Counted from the first letter of the stretch, positions 39,441 to 50,347 are shown. The stretch is 64,000 nt of DNA from an uncultured bacterium (GCA_964418185.1 CAYQKL010000003.1:173-64172); one strand, 5' to 3'. A program made the numbers and translations. Notes: a model not told the origin generated them from the letters alone.

Positions 39441-39628
39441 CAAAGTCAGAATGCACGATTCAAGATATAGAATGACATTATTCCAACTTCCATGCCCACT
39501 TCTTCAACTAACTTCCATCATCTCCAAAATCGGATTTACCATTTAATTTTTTGTAAATATTAAAAAGATAGCGATGACTCAAAATAACAATTATTGACAA
39601 AACAGGTATTTCGGATAAAATATTCAAG

Positions 39629-40111
39629 ATGGAAAGAATTTACCTCCTTCTGGGCACAAATCTTGGGGTATTAGAAGATAATTTAAAAAGAGCACTTGAA
39701 GAGATGGCAAAAACTGGCATCCAGGTAGTAAAAAAGTCAAAGATATACAAAACAAAACCCTGGGGAAAAGAGGATCAACCAGATTTTTTGAATATGGCCG
39801 TAGAGATTGAAACCCGATTATCTGCGAGGGAACTCCTTGCTAAGATAAAAAGCATTGAGAAGAAAATGCAAAGAGAAAGAAAGGAGCGATGGGGTCCACG
39901 GATAATTGATATTGATATTTTATTCTATGGAAATCAAATGATCAATAAACCAGAGCTCACGATTCCTCATCCATATTTTTTTGAACGTCCATTTGCAATA
40001 ATTCCAATGCAGGATATTGCGCCTGACTTTATTCCACCCGATTATAAAAAGAGTATAAAAGAACTTGCTTCTGGAGTAAGTTATGAAGGAATTGAGATTT
40101 ATTGCGATTGA
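39629..40111 (+). CDS. folK: 2-amino-4-hydroxy-6-hydroxymethyldihydropteridine pyrophosphokinase (HPPK)
   Basis: IYLLLGTNLG...GPRIIDIDILFY HPPK motifs and a length of ~160 aa. Confidence 0.85.
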   Translation: MERIYLLLGTNLGVLEDNLKRALEEMAKTGIQVVKKSKIYKTKPWGKEDQPDFLNMAVEIETRLSARELLAKIKSIEKKMQRERKERWGPRIIDIDILFYGNQMINKPELTIPHPYFFERPFAIIPMQDIAPDFIPPDYKKSIKELASGVSYEGIEIYCD

Positions 40112-40712
40112 AGGTGTTATCGGTGCGGGCAAAACCACGCTTGCCAAAGGATTGGCGAATAAATTCCATGCCGGCATTGTCCTTGAAGAATTTGAAGAGA
40201 ATCCTTTTCTGGCAAAATTCTATGCAAATCCAAGCCAGTATGCGTTTCATACCCAGTTATATTTTCTTATGTCCAGATACCGCCAGCAGAGAAAGATCAA
40301 TCAAATGGACCTTTTCCATTCAAGATTGGTAAGTGATTATCTCTTTGCCAAAGATCGCATCTTCGCTGAGGTAAATTTGTCCGAAGATGAATTTACTCTA
40401 TATGACAAAATCTATTCGCTCATTGAAAAGGAAATTCCCAGACCTGATGTGGTTGTTTATCTTCAGTCCACCCCGGATTTTCTTTTTAAGAGAATCAAGA
40501 GCAGAAACCGGGAATATGAACGCAACATAGAGTTTGACTACATTGCCAAATTATGCGAAGCATATAACTCATTCTTTATCCATTACAATAGTAGTTTGCT
40601 TTTGATTGTGAACATAAGAGGCTTTGATTTTTTAACTGGTGCTGATCTGGATTTGATATATCATGAAATTATACAACTAAAGACTCCAAGAAAAATTATT
40701 TCAAAAGAATGA
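40083..40712 (+). CDS. Deoxynucleoside kinase (dAK/dGK/dCK family)
   Basis: P-loop IAIEGVIGAGKTTLAK and the ERS-like motif. Confidence 0.8.
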   Translation: MKELRFIAIEGVIGAGKTTLAKGLANKFHAGIVLEEFEENPFLAKFYANPSQYAFHTQLYFLMSRYRQQRKINQMDLFHSRLVSDYLFAKDRIFAEVNLSEDEFTLYDKIYSLIEKEIPRPDVVVYLQSTPDFLFKRIKSRNREYERNIEFDYIAKLCEAYNSFFIHYNSSLLLIVNIRGFDFLTGADLDLIYHEIIQLKTPRKIISKE

Positions 40713-41500
40713 TCACCACTGAAACAATTTTACTGATGAAAAAGAAGAAAGAAAAGATTGCTTGTTTGACAGCGTATGACTATCCTACAGCAAAGATTCT
40801 TGACGAGGCAGGAATTGAAATAGTTCTGGTGGGTGATTCGGCGGCAAATGTTGTCGCCGGCGAGAAGAATACCCTCCCGATAACGATGTCTGATATGCTT
40901 TATCATACAAAGGTGGTTGCCCGGGCAGTTAAAAATGCCCTGGTTATTGCAGATATGCCCTTTCTGTCATATCAGTGTAGCATTGATGAAGCGGTAAAGA
41001 ATGCTGGTAGTTTTCTTAAAGTTGGTGCTGCGGGAATCAAGATGGAAGGTGCGGGTCCGATATTAAGAACAATAGAGCGGTTTATTCAGATTGGTATTCC
41101 GGTAATGGGACACCTTGGGCTCACACCTCAGTCAATCCACAAATTCGGTGGCTATAAACTACGGGGCAGGACAGAAAAAGAGGCTGGGCAGATGATTAAG
41201 GATGCGCGGGCACTTGAATCTGCCGGCTGTTTTGCCATAGTCTTAGAAAAGATTCCTGTGCTGCTGGCAAAAAGGATCACAAAAATTCTTCATATTCCAA
41301 CCATCGGTATCGGCGCTGGTCCATACTGTGATGGACAGATTCTGGTATTACATGATATGCTGGGAATTTATGAAGACTTTGTTCCCAAATTCGTCAAACA
41401 ATATGCCCGGATCGGTGCTGAGATCAAGAGGGCAGTGCGAGATTATATGAAAGAAGTAAAATCAGGAATTTATCCAGATAGAAAGCATTCCTTTGAATGA
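40709..41500 (+). CDS. panB: 3-methyl-2-oxobutanoate hydroxymethyltransferase (ketopantoate hydroxymethyltransferase)
   Basis: ACLTAYDYPTAKILDEAGIEIVLVGDS, ADMPF, GHLGLTPQ. Confidence 0.9.
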   Translation: MITTETILLMKKKKEKIACLTAYDYPTAKILDEAGIEIVLVGDSAANVVAGEKNTLPITMSDMLYHTKVVARAVKNALVIADMPFLSYQCSIDEAVKNAGSFLKVGAAGIKMEGAGPILRTIERFIQIGIPVMGHLGLTPQSIHKFGGYKLRGRTEKEAGQMIKDARALESAGCFAIVLEKIPVLLAKRITKILHIPTIGIGAGPYCDGQILVLHDMLGIYEDFVPKFVKQYARIGAEIKRAVRDYMKEVKSGIYPDRKHSFE

Positions 41501-41907
41501 GAGGAGTTATGACCAATTATACAAAAAAACATTCCCTCGCTGGTTTAGATGCAAAATTACCCAAACTTGATGTCCTGCCCAATCAATTTGAGAATTACAA
41601 GATAACAATCACCATCCCCGAGTACACATCAGTCTGCCCAAAGACTGGACTTCCTGATACTGGAACAGTAATTATTGAATATCAGCCAAAAAAATACTTT
41701 GTTGAGTTGAAATCACTGAAGATGTATATCCTTGCTTACAGAAACTTAGGGATATTTTATGAGAATGCAGTAAATAGAATATTCAATGATTTTGTCAAAG
41801 CGGTAAGACCGTGCTGGGCAGTCGTTCGGGGTGAGTTCAATCCCCGGGGTGGCATTAAAACAGTCGTTGAGGTCAAAACTCGCAATCTTCGTAAAATACT
41901 GCACTAA
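41497..41907 (+). CDS. queF: NADPH-dependent 7-cyano-7-deazaguanine reductase (QueF, unimodular type)
   Basis: Catalytic Cys in YTSVCPKTGLPD and the QueF motif ELKSLKMY. Confidence 0.85.
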   Translation: MRGVMTNYTKKHSLAGLDAKLPKLDVLPNQFENYKITITIPEYTSVCPKTGLPDTGTVIIEYQPKKYFVELKSLKMYILAYRNLGIFYENAVNRIFNDFVKAVRPCWAVVRGEFNPRGGIKTVVEVKTRNLRKILH

Positions 41908-41960
41908 TTTATTATCAACAAATCTCTTGCCTCTTTTTAATTTTTTGTTATAATGAATCT

Positions 41961-44018
41961 GTGACCGAAGAAACAATCAAACACTTTGAGCAGAAGAATT
42001 TCTCCGCAATAGAAGATCTCTGGATGGAATGGTTAGAGAAGAACCAGATTTCTTTAAAGGATTTCTTTGAAGTAGCAGATAAATTGAAGCAACTAAAGGA
42101 AACCGGACGTGGACTTATGCTTCTGGAAATACTTGCCAATCATCTTGAAAATCAGGGTCGGATAAAAGAGGCAATTGCTGTATACAAACATATGCCATAT
42201 TTCACAGATGACGATAAACAAATCAGAACGGCTTTGATAAATCTGTATAAAAAACAATACTCAGACAACAACCGGATTGAAAAATACATCAACCTCTCAG
42301 GCATTGAAAAGGGTGAACATATCTTCAAGAGCATAGACCGACTGGAAGAGTTCTTAAAATTCGATATTGACAGAGTTTTCTATTTTGAACGCTATGGCTT
42401 GGGGCGGGTAGTATCAATGAATCCAGAAAAAAAAGAACTTATTATTGACTTTGAAAAACAGAAAAGTTATGTATTAAGATTTGATGTCGCCCGAGGTCTC
42501 TTAACACCAATTGATGAAGAACACTTCCTTTACCGCAAATACAAGGTCATTGAAGATCTTAAAAAACTTATGTCTGAAGACCCGACTGGATTAATAAAAT
42601 ATTTATTGAAAAGTTTCAAGACACCATTATCTCCGGGTCAGATAAAGATTTATCTTTCGGGTATCGTTGAAGATGCGGAAATGAATAGATTCTGGGAAAG
42701 AGTCAGAAAAAAACTGGAAAAAGATGAATGTATCAAAGTGGAAACAATAAATGGACAAAAAAAATATCAATTTATTGAAAACTTTGATAAAAATGTTTTC
42801 TTTCTTGAATCCTTTGAGAAAGCCGATATTGATACAAAATACGATCTCGCTGAGAGATGTATAAAAGACCATCCTGAACTATCAAATCATATGCTTTCGT
42901 CGTTAATCTCTATTGGCCGTGAGATTTTTTCAAAAAATCCGGCACGGGCACTGGATATATTGTATTTGTGTCAAGATTATGGAAGGGAAAGACCAACTTA
43001 TGGTATTGATGAGATTATACAGAATGCCTCGTACGAGCAAATAATATCGGGTTTAAAAAATAATGAACACAAAAGAAAGTTTTTGCAGGTCATTCGTGAA
43101 AGGGAGCCTCAAAACTGGCACAAAATCTTTGAGAACATTATGCTAAATATAGATGATACAAGATTGTTTGCCGAGATTGAAGAACAATTTAGCAAAGCCG
43201 GTTTTGATTTGAATGATTTTTACAAGAATATATTCTTAATGCCTCAACGTTCTCCCGCGTTGTTTCATTGGCTATTACGGAAGGTTGGACAGGGCATATT
43301 TTCCGAGTTCCTGAAGCCCACATATTTACCGAGATTAATAAATAGCCTAAATTATATCAAAGATATAAAACAAACCTTTCTTAAAGTAATCACCCTGGAG
43401 AAATTTGATCAGCTGATAAAGGAAGCAAAAGAATCTGAGAGCTCACAAATAAGAGATGCCTTCGCAAATTGCACCACCTTAAAAGAATTTGAAAGGAATA
43501 ATTACCTGAAAATTATTGACTACCATTTTCCAGAAATGCAATCTCAAAAAGAAGATTTTGTTTATACGACACCCGAAGCATTGAAAAGAAAAAAACAAGA
43601 ATTAGAACATCTGCTCACAGTTGAAATACCCAAAAATAAAGCAGAGATCAGCCGGGCGAGAGAATATGGCGATTTGAGCGAAAATTTTGAATACAAAGCA
43701 GCCAGAGAGAGACAGGATCAATTGTATCAACGGGTAAGAACGATTGAATCTGAATTGCAAAAGGTGAAGATAATTGATTTCAAGAATTTGGACTTCTCAA
43801 AGGTATGTATTGGTGCAAAGGTGTCTTTGAAGAACTTAGAAGACAATAAAGTTGTTACCTATGCCATACTGGGACGCTGGGATACAGACCTGTCAAGAAA
43901 CATTATTTCTAATGAATCACCGGTTGCAAGAAATTTACTGGAAAAGAAAATCGGCGATAGAATTGTCATAGACGAAAAGACCTTTGAAATATCAAATATT
44001 GAACCAATTGATAATTGA
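41961..44018 (+). CDS. GreA-family transcription elongation factor domain fused to a ~500-aa N-terminal extension
   Basis: C-terminal ~150 aa: YGDLSENFEYKAARERQ (GreA N-terminal coiled-coil motif) and an FKBP-like C-terminal domain. The N-terminal 500 aa are helical/TPR-like with no clear homology. Possible GTG start. Confidence 0.7.
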   Translation: MTEETIKHFEQKNFSAIEDLWMEWLEKNQISLKDFFEVADKLKQLKETGRGLMLLEILANHLENQGRIKEAIAVYKHMPYFTDDDKQIRTALINLYKKQYSDNNRIEKYINLSGIEKGEHIFKSIDRLEEFLKFDIDRVFYFERYGLGRVVSMNPEKKELIIDFEKQKSYVLRFDVARGLLTPIDEEHFLYRKYKVIEDLKKLMSEDPTGLIKYLLKSFKTPLSPGQIKIYLSGIVEDAEMNRFWERVRKKLEKDECIKVETINGQKKYQFIENFDKNVFFLESFEKADIDTKYDLAERCIKDHPELSNHMLSSLISIGREIFSKNPARALDILYLCQDYGRERPTYGIDEIIQNASYEQIISGLKNNEHKRKFLQVIREREPQNWHKIFENIMLNIDDTRLFAEIEEQFSKAGFDLNDFYKNIFLMPQRSPALFHWLLRKVGQGIFSEFLKPTYLPRLINSLNYIKDIKQTFLKVITLEKFDQLIKEAKESESSQIRDAFANCTTLKEFERNNYLKIIDYHFPEMQSQKEDFVYTTPEALKRKKQELEHLLTVEIPKNKAEISRAREYGDLSENFEYKAARERQDQLYQRVRTIESELQKVKIIDFKNLDFSKVCIGAKVSLKNLEDNKVVTYAILGRWDTDLSRNIISNESPVARNLLEKKIGDRIVIDEKTFEISNIEPIDN

Positions 44019-44093
44019 TAGCGCCAACGGGATTCGAACCCGTGATCTTCGCCTTGAGAGGGCGATGTCCTAAACCAACTAGACGATGGCGCC
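44019..44093 (-). tRNA. tRNA-Glu (anticodon CUC), predicted G1-U72 wobble, CCA not encoded
   Basis: Folded by hand. Acceptor stem GGCGCCA, anticodon stem-loop TCGCC-CTCTCAA-GGCGA, T-arm ACGGG-TTCGAAT-CCCGT. The ends are approximate to +/-1 nt. Confidence 0.8.
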
Positions 44094-44197
44094 GTTAGAC
44101 AATTATATAAAAACCTGGGTGTCTGTCAAGTAAGCAAACATACTCTTTTACCCTTGACTTTTCGCCGTTTCACAAGTATAATATATATGGTATTATT

Positions 44198-45547
44198 ATG
44201 AACGAAAGAGATACAAATGTTAAGCAGGGTTTGAAGGTAAGCGCCCGTATCATTCCGTCGCTTGTCTATTACTTAAAATTGCTCGAACTACCAAATATTG
44301 AACTTGAGGCACTCGTAAGAGATGAACTGGATTCAAACCCGTTGCTGGAAGAAGTCGAAGATACTGAAGAAGAATTGATAGAAGTAGAAAAATCAAAAGA
44401 TAGTAAAGAAAACTTTGAATTACTTGATTTCTATGCGCGTGATGATCTCCCAAATTTTTCTGAATCTGAGGAAGAGCAACGGGACTTATTTGAAAATGCG
44501 CCTGCCCAGAATGACAAATTATATGACCATTTGATGAGGCAGGCTGAACGAAAATTTGCAGGGAAGGATCTGGAAATTGCAGAATTAATCATCTCAAACA
44601 TTGATGACGATGGTTATCTCGCAGCCACACCCGAAGAATTGACTCAGGAAGGCTATGAAACAAATGATATTGAACGAATAAAAAAAGAGATTCAATTTTT
44701 TGATCCAGTTGGTTGTGCCTGGCGCGATATTCGTGAACCCCTCCTTGCGCAATTATACCATCTCGGCTATTCCCCAGATTCAGTTGAATGTCAGTTGATT
44801 AAAAATTATCTTAAAAATCTTCGTAACGGCAATCTTAAAGAATGTCTTGAGCAACTGAATATCAATGAAGAACGTCTTGCCAGGGCAAGACAGGTCATTA
44901 TGAAACTGGATCCGCGGCCTGGCTTGCAATATGCCTCTGTAAATTCGCCCTATGTCTTTCCAGATTTTGTTATCTTCTGGCAGGACAATAATCTGGATGG
45001 CCGTCTTAATGAAGAAAATATTCCCCGAATTAGAATAAAGAGAGAATACCTTGAAAAATTTAATCAGAATAATGATGAAGCTGAATTTGTCAGACAGAAA
45101 TTGAAATCTGCCCAGAACTTAATCTTTGCCATTGAAAAAAGACGCAAAACTCTGACCAGAATAATGAAAACAATCCTTGATTATCAGAGGGAATATTTTC
45201 TTAGAGGCGAAGGGTTCTTAAAGTCAATCACTATGGTAGACTTTGCCAAACAATTAGGCGTAAATCCTTCCACGATATCCCGGGCAATTGCCAATAAATA
45301 TCTTGAGTCACCTCGTGGAATTTACAAATTAAAATTCTTTTTCTCCGCACCTGTAGGTAAGATAGACAAAGATTATATCTTTGATAAAATAAAAGAGACC
45401 GTTTCAACCGAAGACAAATCAGCACCTCTTTCTGATGTGCAGATTGCTAAGAGACTCAGTAGAATGGGCATAATCATCTCTCGCAGGACAGTTGCCAAAT
45501 ATCGGGAGATGCTCAATATTCCACCTCATCATTTAAGAAGAACCTAA
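44198..45547 (+). CDS. rpoN: RNA polymerase sigma-54 factor
   Basis: C-terminal RpoN box ARRTVAKYRE, an HTH, and an acidic N-terminal region II. Confidence 0.9.
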   Translation: MNERDTNVKQGLKVSARIIPSLVYYLKLLELPNIELEALVRDELDSNPLLEEVEDTEEELIEVEKSKDSKENFELLDFYARDDLPNFSESEEEQRDLFENAPAQNDKLYDHLMRQAERKFAGKDLEIAELIISNIDDDGYLAATPEELTQEGYETNDIERIKKEIQFFDPVGCAWRDIREPLLAQLYHLGYSPDSVECQLIKNYLKNLRNGNLKECLEQLNINEERLARARQVIMKLDPRPGLQYASVNSPYVFPDFVIFWQDNNLDGRLNEENIPRIRIKREYLEKFNQNNDEAEFVRQKLKSAQNLIFAIEKRRKTLTRIMKTILDYQREYFLRGEGFLKSITMVDFAKQLGVNPSTISRAIANKYLESPRGIYKLKFFFSAPVGKIDKDYIFDKIKETVSTEDKSAPLSDVQIAKRLSRMGIIISRRTVAKYREMLNIPPHHLRRT

Positions 45548-45689
45548 AAAATCACCGATCATCCTGAGTAAAAAAATAAATAATTTTAATCAGATTTAGA
45601 GAGATTATTTCATAAAGTACTAACAGGTACTTTTAACTCTTGATTTTCTTGCCAAATTGATTATGATTACACAAAAGAAGGGAGATGTT

Positions 45690-48600
45690 ATGCAGGGATA
45701 TTACGGGTTTCCAAGTATCAACAAGGATACAATCGTTTTTGTCTGTGAAGATGATCTCTGGACTGTTTCAATCAAGGGAGGCATTGCACATCGACTGACC
45801 TCAAATTTAGGTAGAATTAGTCATTGTAGTATTTCTCCAGATGGAGAATACATTGCGTTCACGGGTAGAGAAGAAGGCAATAACGAAGTCTATTGTATTC
45901 CAACACGAGGAGGTACTGCAAAAAGACTCACTTTTCTCGGTGCCAATACTGTGGTGCGTGGCTGGACAAGAGATGGTAATAGAGTTATCTTTGCCAGTGA
46001 TGTAAAACAATGGTATCCGGGCTTTATGTTAATCTATTCTGTAGACAAAAACAAAGATATTCCTAAAAATGTTCCAGTTGGTCCTGCTCGGACAATCTCT
46101 TACGGTCCAAAAAAGGGCGTGGTCATTGGCAGGAATACGGCTGACCCGGCAAGATGGAAAAGATACCGGGGAGGAACTTCTGGTGAAATCTGGATTGATC
46201 CTGAGGAGAAAGGTAGATTCAGAAGATTGATCAGTATCAAAGGAAATCTTGCTGACCCAATGTGGGTGGGCGCACGCATATTTTTTATATCTGATCACGA
46301 AGGCATCGGCAACATATATTCCTGTACAACCCAGGGCCGGGATTTAAGAAAACACACAGACCACAAAGATTTTTATGTGCGCAATGCAAAATCCGATGGG
46401 AAAAATATTATATATCATTCGGGTGGCGATATCTATGTGCTGTATACTGAAAGTAACCAGGTTAAGAAGATAAAGATAGATTTTCGTAGTCCCAGGGTCC
46501 AGACGCAACGTAAATTTGTTGAACCCGGGAAATACCTTGAAGATTATGCCATACATCCTGAAGGTAATAAGGTTTGCATCACAAGCCGGGGCAGAGTATT
46601 TTCAATGCCCAACTGGGAAGGGCCGGTTTTCCAGAATGGTCTTAAATCATCTGCTCGGTACCGTCTGGGTAGATGGCTTTATGATGGCAAAAGACTTGTT
46701 GTGGTCACCGATGAAAATGGCGAAGATTCTCTCCAGATACATCATAACGATGGAAAGGGTATAGTAAATCTAAATCAGCTTGATATTGGTAGGCCCATTG
46801 AACTTGAACCATCACCAAAAGAGCCATTAGTCTGTCTTACCAACCATCGTAACGAGTTGATTCTCGTAAATCTGAAATCAAAAAATCGTATAATCCTTGA
46901 CCGAAGTAAGTTTTGGAGAATTTCTGGAATTACCTGGTCATCAGATGGTCTCTGGATTGCTTATGCATTTGTTGATTCGGAACGAACATCCTGCATTAAA
47001 CTTGCTAATGTATTTGAAAAAAAGACCTACTATGCTACAAAAAGTGTGCTCTACGATTTTGCACCCAGTTTTGACCCGGGAGGTAAATACCTCTATTTTC
47101 TTTCCACCCGGCATTTTGATCCAGTTTATGATACAATGCAATTTGAATTAAGTTTTCCAGCAAATATAAAGCCCTTTCTGATACTATTACGAAAGGACCT
47201 GTCTACACCGTTCAAATATACAAAACTTGTTCCTGCAGGCATTGATACTGGTATGTCGGACTTAGGTATAGAACTGCAAAAGCCCAAAAATGTACCCACA
47301 AAAATCAGGATTGATCTTGATGGTATAACTGACAGGATAATTTCTTTTCCACTGGCGCCAGGTAAGTATAACCAGATATGGGGTATAAAAGACAAAATTC
47401 TGTTTACTACATTTCCCATTACCGGCGGAAAACAGACGTGGTTTTCAGATGAACTACCAGCAAACGGCACTCTTGGATTTTTTGATTTCAAAGAACAGCG
47501 AGAAGGAACAATTGTGAATGGAGTGAGTAATTTCCGTGTCTCCACAAAGAATGAGGTTATTGTCTATCGTGCAAAAGATCACTTGAGAATTATCAAGCCC
47601 GTCGAAAAGGTTGAACAGAAACTTGATAGACAGCCACCCGGACCAAAAAGCGGCTGGCTTGACCTGTCGCGTATAAAGGTTCTGGTAGAACCCAGAATTG
47701 AATGGCGGCAGATGTACCGCGATGCCTGGCGTTTACAGAGGGACCACTTCTGGACCAAAAATATGTCAGGCATTGATTGGAAAAAAGTCTATAAAAGATA
47801 TCTTCCTTTACTGGATCGAATAGGTACACGCAGTGAATTCTCTGACCTGATATGGGAGATGCAGGGTGAATTAGGAACCTCACATGCCTATGAATGGGGT
47901 GGTGATTATCGTGCAGAACCAAGATATACCCAGGGTTTTCTGGGTGCTGATTTGATCTTTGATACCAAACATAATGCCTATAGAATTGTAAAGATAGTCA
48001 AGGGTGATTCCTGGGATCCTTCCGCAGCTTCACCACTTTTAGCACCGGGCTTAAATATCAGAGAAGGTGACCTCCTTCTCCAGATAAATGGTGTGAATTT
48101 GAACAAGAATGTCCAGCCTGGTGAACTCCTCGTAAATCGCGCCTCCAGTGAAATCTCCATAACTGTTGCCCGTGCCAATGGCGCCAACCGGAGAACTCTC
48201 TGTATCAAGACTCTCGCTGATGAAGCACCAGCCCGATACAGGGATTGGGTTGAAAAAAATCGTGAATTCGTCCATCGCTTGAGTAAGAATAAAATTGGGT
48301 ATGTCCATATCCCGGATATGGGACCATGGGGTTTTGCTGAATTTCATAGATATTTCTTGAGTGAAATAAAATACACAGGATTAATAGTAGATGTGAGATT
48401 CAATCGCGGTGGGCATGTCTCACAGTTAATCCTTGAAAAGGTTGCAAGAAAAAGGATCGGTTACAATATCAAAAGGTGGGGTCAACCTGAACCCTATCCT
48501 TCTGAATCAGTATTAGGATCAATCGTGGCAATTACCAATGAATATGCAGGTTCTGACGGCGATATATTCAGCCATGGATTTAAGTTATACAAAATTGGTC

Positions 48601-48899
48601 CACTAATTGGCAAGCGAACCTGGGGTGGAGTAATTGGAATCTCTCCGTATTATCGTCTGTCTGATGGTGGTTTGACTACTCAACCTGAATATTCATTCTG
48701 GTTTATGGATGTTGGCTGGGGTGTTGAAAATTACGGAACTGAACCAGATATTGAGGTAGAAATATCTCCTCAGGATTATATGAAAGACAGGGATCCACAA
48801 TTATTGACCGCGATAAGAGAATGTCTGAGATTGATCAAAAAGACCAAACCAAAAATGCCGAATTTTGGCAAGAAACCATTGCTCAAACTACCCTGGTAG
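45690..48899 (+). CDS. Tricorn protease homolog (N-terminal beta-propellers + PDZ + C-terminal S41 peptidase domain)
   Basis: About 1070 aa. A DTIVFVCEDDLW start, PD40-type propeller blades, and the C-terminal S41 region IGYVHIPDMG...GLIVDVRFNRGGHVSQL...AGSDGDIFS...RTWGGV. RBS AAGGGAG precedes the ATG at 45690; the ORF-track start at 45657 is probably too long. Confidence 0.8.
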   Translation: MQGYYGFPSINKDTIVFVCEDDLWTVSIKGGIAHRLTSNLGRISHCSISPDGEYIAFTGREEGNNEVYCIPTRGGTAKRLTFLGANTVVRGWTRDGNRVIFASDVKQWYPGFMLIYSVDKNKDIPKNVPVGPARTISYGPKKGVVIGRNTADPARWKRYRGGTSGEIWIDPEEKGRFRRLISIKGNLADPMWVGARIFFISDHEGIGNIYSCTTQGRDLRKHTDHKDFYVRNAKSDGKNIIYHSGGDIYVLYTESNQVKKIKIDFRSPRVQTQRKFVEPGKYLEDYAIHPEGNKVCITSRGRVFSMPNWEGPVFQNGLKSSARYRLGRWLYDGKRLVVVTDENGEDSLQIHHNDGKGIVNLNQLDIGRPIELEPSPKEPLVCLTNHRNELILVNLKSKNRIILDRSKFWRISGITWSSDGLWIAYAFVDSERTSCIKLANVFEKKTYYATKSVLYDFAPSFDPGGKYLYFLSTRHFDPVYDTMQFELSFPANIKPFLILLRKDLSTPFKYTKLVPAGIDTGMSDLGIELQKPKNVPTKIRIDLDGITDRIISFPLAPGKYNQIWGIKDKILFTTFPITGGKQTWFSDELPANGTLGFFDFKEQREGTIVNGVSNFRVSTKNEVIVYRAKDHLRIIKPVEKVEQKLDRQPPGPKSGWLDLSRIKVLVEPRIEWRQMYRDAWRLQRDHFWTKNMSGIDWKKVYKRYLPLLDRIGTRSEFSDLIWEMQGELGTSHAYEWGGDYRAEPRYTQGFLGADLIFDTKHNAYRIVKIVKGDSWDPSAASPLLAPGLNIREGDLLLQINGVNLNKNVQPGELLVNRASSEISITVARANGANRRTLCIKTLADEAPARYRDWVEKNREFVHRLSKNKIGYVHIPDMGPWGFAEFHRYFLSEIKYTGLIVDVRFNRGGHVSQLILEKVARKRIGYNIKRWGQPEPYPSESVLGSIVAITNEYAGSDGDIFSHGFKLYKIGPLIGKRTWGGVIGISPYYRLSDGGLTTQPEYSFWFMDVGWGVENYGTEPDIEVEISPQDYMKDRDPQLLTAIRECLRLIKKTKPKMPNFGKKPLLKLPW

Positions 48900-48920
48900 A
48901 TGGTTATTTAATAGAAAGGA

Positions 48921-48958
48921 TGCCCCGCTGGACTTTGTCCAGCGGGGCATCAGATTTT
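48921..48958. terminator. Bidirectional intrinsic terminator between tricorn (+) and asnA (-)
   Basis: Perfect 11-12 bp stem GCCCCGCTGGA(C)-tttg-(G)TCCAGCGGGGC followed by ATCAGATTTT. Confidence 0.6.
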
Positions 48959-48977
48959 CCAGCCTGTCGATTAAAGA

Positions 48978-50135
48978 TTATTCAAGGACAAAGATATTTC
49001 TTTTTGCACAAATCTCTTTGAGTTCTTTGGGCCAGATTGTAACACTGACTTCACCAAGATGGGCAGTCCTCAAAATATACATATAGGTCCTTGATTGACC
49101 AATACCACCACCAATGCTTAATGGTATTTTGTCATTGAGAATTGCCTGATGATAGGGTAGTTTTAGAAAATCCAATTGCCCGGTAATTTCAAGTTGTTTT
49201 TTCAGGGTTTCTTTTGTTACCCGAATACCCATTGAGGTCAACTCATGGCGTCGCTTGGTGACTGGATTCCAGACCAGAATATCACCATTCAAACCATGCA
49301 TTGGTCTGCCATCTTCTGAAACAGTTTCAGTCACCCAGTCATCATAATCTGCAGCCCTCATTTCATGGGGATAGCCATCTTTTAGTGTCCAGCCAATTCC
49401 AATAATAAATATTGCTGGATATTTCTGTAATACTGCGGTTTCGCGCTGTTTCCTTGGTAGATCAGGATACATATCAAGGATCTCTTCGGCATGGAGAAAA
49501 GTCAGTTCTTCGGGTATTGGTGGATATCTTGGGTCCCTGAGTTCAGGCCAGTTTTCATGGGCGAACTTTGCCGCCCCATAGATCACCTTCCAGATCTTCC
49601 TGACTATATCTTTTAAGAAATTAAGATTACGCTGTTGTGGTGTAACCACCCTTTCCCAATCCCACTGGTCAACATATGATGAATGGTCATGGTCTAAGAA
49701 ATAATCCTTGCGCACAGCACGCATATCAGTACAAATCCCTTCTCCAACCTTGCAACCAAATTGGGCAAGTGCCATTCTCTTCCATTTTGTCGCAGCCTGA
49801 ACAACCTGTGCCTCAATTGGTTTTTTCAAACCAAGCCCGCATTTGAATTCAATCGGTGTCCTTGATCCATCCCGGTCAAGATAATCATTCACACCACTCT
49901 CTTTGGTAACAATCAATGGCACCTGGACCATTGTTAGATTCAATTCTTTGCATAGATTCTTTTCAATATATTCTTTCACTGCAAAGAGTGCTTTCATTCT
50001 CTCAAGCGGTGGCAGAAGTGGTTTATAGTCGTTGGGAAGTATCTTTTCAACCTCCTCATAGGTGCTCACACCAGGACCTGCCAGATCCGCTTCCTTGCCT
50101 GTTTTCTTTGTCTCAATCTTGGCTTTCTTCGCCAT
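48978..50135 (-). CDS. asnA: Aspartate--ammonia ligase (asparagine synthetase A) with a ~35-aa Lys-rich N-terminal extension
   Basis: SYVDQWDWERV, GLNGDILVWNPV, GIRV, GGGIGQSR match AsnA class II aaRS-like motifs. Confidence 0.8.
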   Translation of the reverse strand: MAKKAKIETKKTGKEADLAGPGVSTYEEVEKILPNDYKPLLPPLERMKALFAVKEYIEKNLCKELNLTMVQVPLIVTKESGVNDYLDRDGSRTPIEFKCGLGLKKPIEAQVVQAATKWKRMALAQFGCKVGEGICTDMRAVRKDYFLDHDHSSYVDQWDWERVVTPQQRNLNFLKDIVRKIWKVIYGAAKFAHENWPELRDPRYPPIPEELTFLHAEEILDMYPDLPRKQRETAVLQKYPAIFIIGIGWTLKDGYPHEMRAADYDDWVTETVSEDGRPMHGLNGDILVWNPVTKRRHELTSMGIRVTKETLKKQLEITGQLDFLKLPYHQAILNDKIPLSIGGGIGQSRTYMYILRTAHLGEVSVTIWPKELKEICAKRNIFVLE

Positions 50136-50347
50136 TTTTGTCCTCCTTTGTTTGTATTTTTAGATATCTCAAGATTGATAATAGAACCACAAATTTGCGG
50201 CAAAGTGTTATTGCCGATAATGTAACCTGTTTACACAAGACTTTCTACCAATAAAACTGCCTATATTATCCACAAAAAATTGAAAAAGTCAACAGGAAAT
50301 ATTAAATCAACATTTTCGCTCAAGGATTACTTGACTGGAGTTAATTT

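Noticed and set aside
44019-44093. tRNA-Glu as a pseudo-tRNA, because of the predicted G1-U72 wobble and the CUC anticodon
   Set aside because: All stems otherwise pair canonically, and the T-loop and D-loop are standard. G-U at 1-72 and a CUC anticodon both occur in genuine tRNA-Glu genes.
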